This document shows, in pieces, positions 58,385-63,809 of a stretch of 63,809 nt of DNA. The translations under genes and the position numbers were made by a program. Position 1 is the stretch's first letter. Each line of letters starts with the position of its first letter. The stretch covers positions 124,001 to 187,809 of the forward strand of contig MEDY01000104.1 in assembly GCA_001724265.1 (NCBI GenBank), in the 5' to 3' direction. A model generated the notes under the pieces. That model saw only the letters and a program-made list of their open reading frames with translations. It ran no database searches and had not been told where the DNA came from. The stretch comes from Rhizaria sp. SCN 62-66. Taxonomy: Eukaryota.

Positions 58385-61300
58385 TTAAGATTGCGACTCA
58401 GACTGAGCCTGCGACGGCGTCTAAAGCTGCAGCGGCGGTGCCGGCTGTCCGCGCGCAAAAGGCTGTGGCGCTGCATGCGGGTGCAGGCGCACAGGCATGT
58501 GTTGTTGCAGCGTTTGTTGCGACCGTGCCTGTGATAGCTGAGGTGGCGACTGGAGCTGCGCTTGCGACAGAGACAAAGACTGTGAGAAGATCTCACTTTG
58601 CTCGCCAGTACGAGGTCCTTGTAAGGGAGACGGAGCCGGAAACTCTGAGGTTCCGTCAAGAGGCTTCACGGCCGTGAACATGTGTCCGCTGCTCAACTGT
58701 CGCTGCTAATCCGAGTTGCCATCACAAGCGCCAACGGTTTCACTCTGCACATCAAGACCCTCGTTTTTAATGCTGATGTTATTAGAGTGAGTCGTGTTGT
58801 TCGCGCTTGAGTTCGCGTTTGAGTGAACGCTCATGTTAAGATCGATATAGTTATGGTTGTTTTTCTTAACATATGAGCTCAACACAGAGTTAATGATACA
58901 TAGAGCGTCGTCGCTATAGCCAGCTCCAGTAAACACGCCGTCAGCCAGCCCGCTGTTGTTCTGGAGAGCAGGAACAGAGACCGTGGCGTTATGAGCAAGA
59001 GTCCGAACAGCACTTGAGGGACTGTGAACAGCGCTAGAGCTGTCTGTGCTTGTGTTCGAAAAGTCATCGTTGCTGTTGCAGGCATCAGTATCATTATTGC
59101 AGCCATTGTAGTCTTCGCGGTAATGACGCTTGAGTTGACCTTGTCTCTGCAACTGTTGCTGCTGATGCTGTTGTTCTTTTAGACGAGAACAAGCGTTGGT
59201 CGCCTTGCTTGCAGCATCAACTGCATTCTTAGTTCCGCTCTCACAGTCGCAGTCGCACTCAAGAGCAGCGTCACTGGCGGTTTCACGCAGACAGCCACAC
59301 GCACACCCACAGCCACAACCGCAACCGCTGGTTCTCTCCTCATCGTCTCCTGCCTCGGTGCTGACGCTATCACCGTCACCAGCATTGCCATCGTCTGTGT
59401 AGTTGACATGGCAAGAGCTGGAGCCGGCCCTCGGCAGCGCTGTCGTGGCCGTTGTGGCGGTGGTCGCAGCGGGCGTGGACTCCGTCACAGCGGCGACGCT
59501 GAGGGACAGCGGCAGCAGCGGCGGCGAAGGCATGATCGGCGATGACGGCAGAGACGGCAGCGCCAGAGTGACGCACGGTGTGTCAACGCTGCTGCCCTGC
59601 GTGTTTGGCGTCGCAGTGGAGGCGACGCCGCCAGTAGCGCAGTTGTCGGCAAAGCTCGGAGACTGAGTCGCGGAGTCGAGGTCAATGCTAGCAAGAGAGG
59701 CAACGGTGGCGCGGCGCGCAGCACGACCTGCAGTCTCAATGTTGCTACCTACAGGCGTGTTCACGCCGCTGTTCGTGAGGCTGCGGACAATGCTGCCGCC
59801 GGCGTTCGCGCTAAGCAAGTTGTTGGTGACAGGGACAGATAGCGGCTGCGTCGACAACGGCGCGTCGGCGACGCTCCCGTCGGCGCTCGCGTGAGCGCAA
59901 ATCGCTTTTGTGCGGACCGTTTGTTCGTCAGAAGCATGATGCGTGGTGTCCCCAGTGCTGAAACAAGAGCTGGCCGAAGACGAGCGATCATCAGCAACTG
60001 CGGTAGAGCTGATACCTGTGTTCGAAGAGTCCGTATTGCCCTGATCAATGCCGAGGCTGTTGTTGGCTGTATCAGCGTAGCTGCAGTCAGCGTGCCTACT
60101 CCCAATAGCGTGGGCATTTACAGTTGCACTTTTGTCGTGCGCAGGATTGCTCGTGCCAGCAGAAGCGTTGCTGTAGCTGCTATTGCCGATGTCGTCGAGC
60201 ACACACCTCGCAGAGGTCTCGCTTTCAGCCGGTCCCGCCTCGACAGCCGCCGTCGCGCTTGATGCCGTTATTGCCGCTGCCGCCGCCGCCGCCGCCGCTG
60301 CCGCCGCCGAGCACTAAGCCGAGCTGCTAATAGTCCAACTGCTTGGCGTAGTAGCGCTACCACAGCTGCTGTTGTTAACCCTGGTGCTCCCCACGCCATG
60401 ATCGATCGCGACGCTCGGAAGATTCAGCTGCATGTCGAGAAAATCCTGAGCGTAAAACACCTCATCGAGCATGTCGTCCACGCTCTCAAGCTGCATCAGC
60501 AGCACGAGCACGGTGGGTCGCTCAACGAGCTTAAGGCTCTTCATCAGCACGCCTTGCGGCAGCAGCTTTTGCAGCCTCATCAGCGCTGAGCGCTCGTGGA
60601 GGCTGTCGCCGATGGAGATCACTTGCTGCGGGAAGTAGGATGCAAACACGAGCTCGCGCGCGTACCAGTACTCCTCGCGTAGGTAGTGCTTCGGGCCGTG
60701 GGGGCGCGGGGGAGCCTGTGCCTGGCTCGAGGACTGAGCCGGAGACTGACTGCAAGACTGACTGCGAGACTGCTGCGCTGAAGCAGTCGAGCAGCCGTGG
60801 GCGGAAGAGTACGAAGAAGACGCTGACGCTGACGCGGACACTGACGCCGATGACGATTGTTGCGCATGTTGTTGTTGCTGCTGTTGTTGAGCCACCCGCA
60901 GCTGTTGCAGTTGCTGCTGGCGCTGCTGCAGCTCCTGCAAGGCCTGCTCGCACTCGGCAAGCCACTGCTTCTGCGTGCACGTCCAATCGCCCTGCAATTT
61001 GCGCTGCTCGTGGCGAATAATACGGCGGTGGCGCCGGCGCTGGCGTCGGTCATGTTCGCGCTCGCCCTCGTCTTCGCTGTCGCCGCTCTCGTCGCCGTTG
61101 GGAATCGTGACGCTGACGCTGAAGCTTGCGGTCACAGTCTCGCTCGGTCTCCGCCGCGGCGGCTGCTGTTGTCTGCCAGTGTTGCGCGCGCTCGTGCCCT
61201 TGTTGCTGGCACATGCGTTACCGTCGTCGTCATCATCATCGGTGCTTTCGACGCCAGAGCCGTAGTCAGTGTCTGTGTCGCTGCACAAGTCAGCGTGGTT

Positions 61301-63048
61301 CTGGTCGTGCTGCTGCTGCGACGGCAATCGAGGCCAAGAGTGCTGCTGGGACTGGCGCAAGCGGTGCTGAAACGGACACAGCAGCCGCTGCTGGCAGCGG
61401 TGCTGCAGCGGTTGGCGTCGTTGCTGCAGCTGCTGCTGGAGTTGGAGCTGCTCATCATGGAGCGCAATCGGCTGATGTTGTTGCTGCTCAATCGGCTCAC
61501 ATGCAAGGCAGTATGAGTGCAGGCGCAATTGCTGCCGCAGTTGCCGCGCTTGCAGCTGTTGCTGTTGCTGTTGCTGTTGTTGGAGCCGCTGATGCAATAG
61601 TAGTTGCTGTTGTTGCGTGCGACGCTGCAACCATTCAGCGAAACTGAGGCTGTTGTTGTTAGTATGGACGCTGCGTAGACTTGACGTAGCTGCTGCAGCT
61701 TTAGCGTCACTGGTGGTGCCACAACAGTCCTGCGTCGGCCCCAAAGTGGCGCTGCTGCTGACGGTATCGGCGCTGGCTAGACATCTACTTGCAGCCGCGG
61801 TCGCAGCCGCAATGTGACTGGGGTTGACGGCGCTGAGCTCGTTGGCACCGCTCCAGCCGCAGCGGCAGCTGTACGTGACCCAGTCGACAGCGCACACACC
61901 ATCACCCTCGAAAGCAGTATCTGTAGCATCGGCAGTAGCAGCAGCGGCGGCGGCGGCGGTGGCGGCGGCGGCGGCGTGAAGGCGATGAGCGTTCGCAGCG
62001 GTGATGCTCAACCGCGCCCGCGCACTTGCACTTCTGACTGTCGCGACCGCGGTCGCTGAGGCAGTCGCATCCGAGACGCCGCCGTTCGCTGCATCACCAG
62101 CACCAGAGTGCTGTAGCGCAAGGGCCGGGCTCGTGGATGCAGAAGTCCGGGCGGCGGCAGCTGCGGCGATGATACTTGCGTTCTGGGCGGTATAGTTATC
62201 ACTGTTATCGCTATCGCTATCCGTGTCAGAGTTCACTGCCAGAGGAGCAGCGCCAGCCTCGGCGCGAGAGCTCTTGGCAGTCTTCGCAGCGTTACCGCTG
62301 TTGTTATCGTTGTTGTTGTTGTTGTTTTTGTTGCTGTTGCTCGTGCTGCGCATCATACGCAATGTCTCCAAGTCAGCCCTCTCGTAGAAACGCTCGGCAG
62401 CAATACTCTCGTCGTTGCTGCTGCTCGCGGTTACACGGCTGACGGTCGTGTTGCCGTCGTAAAACAGCCTCGAGTCCTTTTGCGTGCCGACCCCGCGCAT
62501 TTCGAGCGCGTACACTTTGCTCATCAATCGCTCCACCTTGCTGCTACTGTCGGTGCCGCTCTTGCCGCCGCCGTTGCGATAGTCGCGGGCACTGCTGCTG
62601 GCGCTGCTGCTACAGTCGCTGGCGCTGCTGCTGCTAGCGCGGCGACTGCCGGCGTTGCCGCGCTCTTGCTGCGTCATCGCCGGGTGTGAGCGCGCGGCGT
62701 GGAAGGCGCACTCGCGGAAACCGTAGATCTTCCAGCGTATTGGGCAGTTGGGAAACATGTGTTCGTAGGCCGCGCGGGCGGAAAAGATGGTTGTGCGCGC
62801 CAGGTATGGCACCACGGCGGGGAGAAAGCGATGCGCTGAGAGTTGGACCCATCCATGCTGCGCGTTGGTGACGATGTAGACCTGTGCGAGGGCGGTGGCG
62901 CGCGCGAGGAGGCGGCACACAACTGTTTCGAGGGCAGCGAGGGCGGTGGCGAGGGGCGCCGGGATGGGGTCAGATGTCGCGAGAGACTGGCCGGAGCGGA
63001 CCAAAGAGGAGGTTGGCAGGAGCGTGTCGTCCCAGTCGAAGATAATGA
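58385..63048 (-). CDS. HAD-superfamily (DxDDT) phosphatase-like protein with a large internal insertion and a long C-terminal tail containing three in-frame TAGs; main exon shown, short first exon tentatively 63309-63291
   Basis: Motif I IIFDWDDTLLPTS, motif II YIVTNAQHGWV, then FSARAAYE...WK and motif IV VISIGDSLHERSAL...KSLKLVERP. Acceptor TTCAG ends at 63049. The frame continues through TAG at 60314, 58706 and 58421 to TAA at 58385. The first exon and the tail are less certain than the HAD core. Confidence 0.75.
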
Positions 63049-63652
63049 CTGAAGGATAGAGACAGAGGGCAAGGCAGGGCGAAGGCGCGAATTTGGGGAG
63101 GGGTATGGTAGGAGCAAGGGTGAATGAGCGATCGTTTGTCAAGGATGAAAAGCACATTGATACAGAACAAAATAACAACGACACGATATAATTACACATA
63201 GACAGTACGGTGACACTAAGTCACCGTCAAAACACACAGTACAATAACACTATTGGAGGCGAACAAAAAGATGGAGACAAGTGGCCTCACTCTCCTTTAG
63301 CAACGTCATTGTTCCGACAGATACAGGAGCGATACACAGCCACAAGGAGAAATATAGCACGGAAAAAATGGACAACTATAGCGGCAATATTATAAACAGC
63401 TTTACACTTCAGAAGCACGGCGGGGCATGTCGGGATATCGAGGCTAAGCAGCAAGACTGGTCCATAACAACGTACTATGAGATGGTGATCGTAGATTCGT
63501 ATTTGGTGATGCGCTATTGCGTCTTAGACACTATTCTAAAGACGGCCGTTTACCAGCCGTCCCTTTTGACATCGTCAGCGTTGTAGGCAGAACGAGATTG
63601 TCTGCTTAACGCGTTGGATGAACTCGAATCGTTCCAAATCCAACATTCCTTG

Positions 63653-63741
63653 TGACACGGGGGTCGCGAATTGGGCCGTTTGCCTCTCCCACCCCACATG
63701 TTTGTGATGTTGACACGGGGGTCGCGAATTGGGCCGTTTGC
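63653..63741. repeat. Two identical 31-bp direct repeats (63653-63683, 63711-63741) with a 27-bp spacer
   Basis: TGACACGGGGGTCGCGAATTGGGCCGTTTGC occurs twice. Confidence 0.95.
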
Positions 63742-63809
63742 TGTTATTGACGAAATCTTGATAGGTATGTCGTAAAATTGTGTTTGAGTTCGTGCACAAC
63801 ATTTTAATT

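Noticed and set aside
44535-60316. Pyrrolysine or selenocysteine as the explanation for the in-frame stops
   Set aside because: Selenocysteine uses TGA. Pyrrolysine is not known from eukaryotic nuclei, and the sites are non-catalytic.
51988-63048. Calling the TAG-containing genes pseudogenes
   Set aside because: No frameshifts, no TAA/TGA disruptions, intact splice sites and intact HAD catalytic motifs. Random decay would not be expected to give only TAG.
63207-63227. 8-bp-stem hairpin ACGGTGAC-ACTAA-GTCACCGT
   Set aside because: Short enough to occur by chance, and no other support.
63653-63741. CRISPR-like repeat-spacer-repeat geometry (31/27/31 bp)
   Set aside because: Only two repeats, no third copy in the flanks, no cas genes, and an intron-rich eukaryotic context.

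Overview
This is a eukaryotic (protist-like) nuclear window, not a prokaryotic one. GC-rich exons alternate with short AT-rich GT-AG introns (104-224 nt, mostly GTACG donors), and the proteins carry long Ala/Ser/Asn/Gln low-complexity inserts. Twelve protein genes can be modelled by hand with phase-consistent splicing. They are a partial ankyrin-repeat gene, ADAT3/Tad3, an AzgA-type nucleobase permease, a small 3-exon gene, two hypothetical genes, the IFT dynein-2 heavy chain (10 exons, about 5145 aa), a kinase-less Mad3/BubR1-like checkpoint protein, a 2482-aa possibly mitochondrial protein, a 9-exon GPI-anchored repeat surface protein, a D-box coiled-coil protein and a split HAD-family phosphatase. 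The main result is evidence for a non-standard nuclear genetic code. Five in-frame TAG codons interrupt three otherwise intact genes. No in-frame TAA or TGA occurs in any model, and all 11 complete models end in TAA (5) or TGA (6). This suggests UAG is a rare sense codon (Gln favoured by context, Leu not excluded) while UAA remains a stop, an uncoupling known from very few eukaryotes. All family calls are from remembered motifs; no searches were run.
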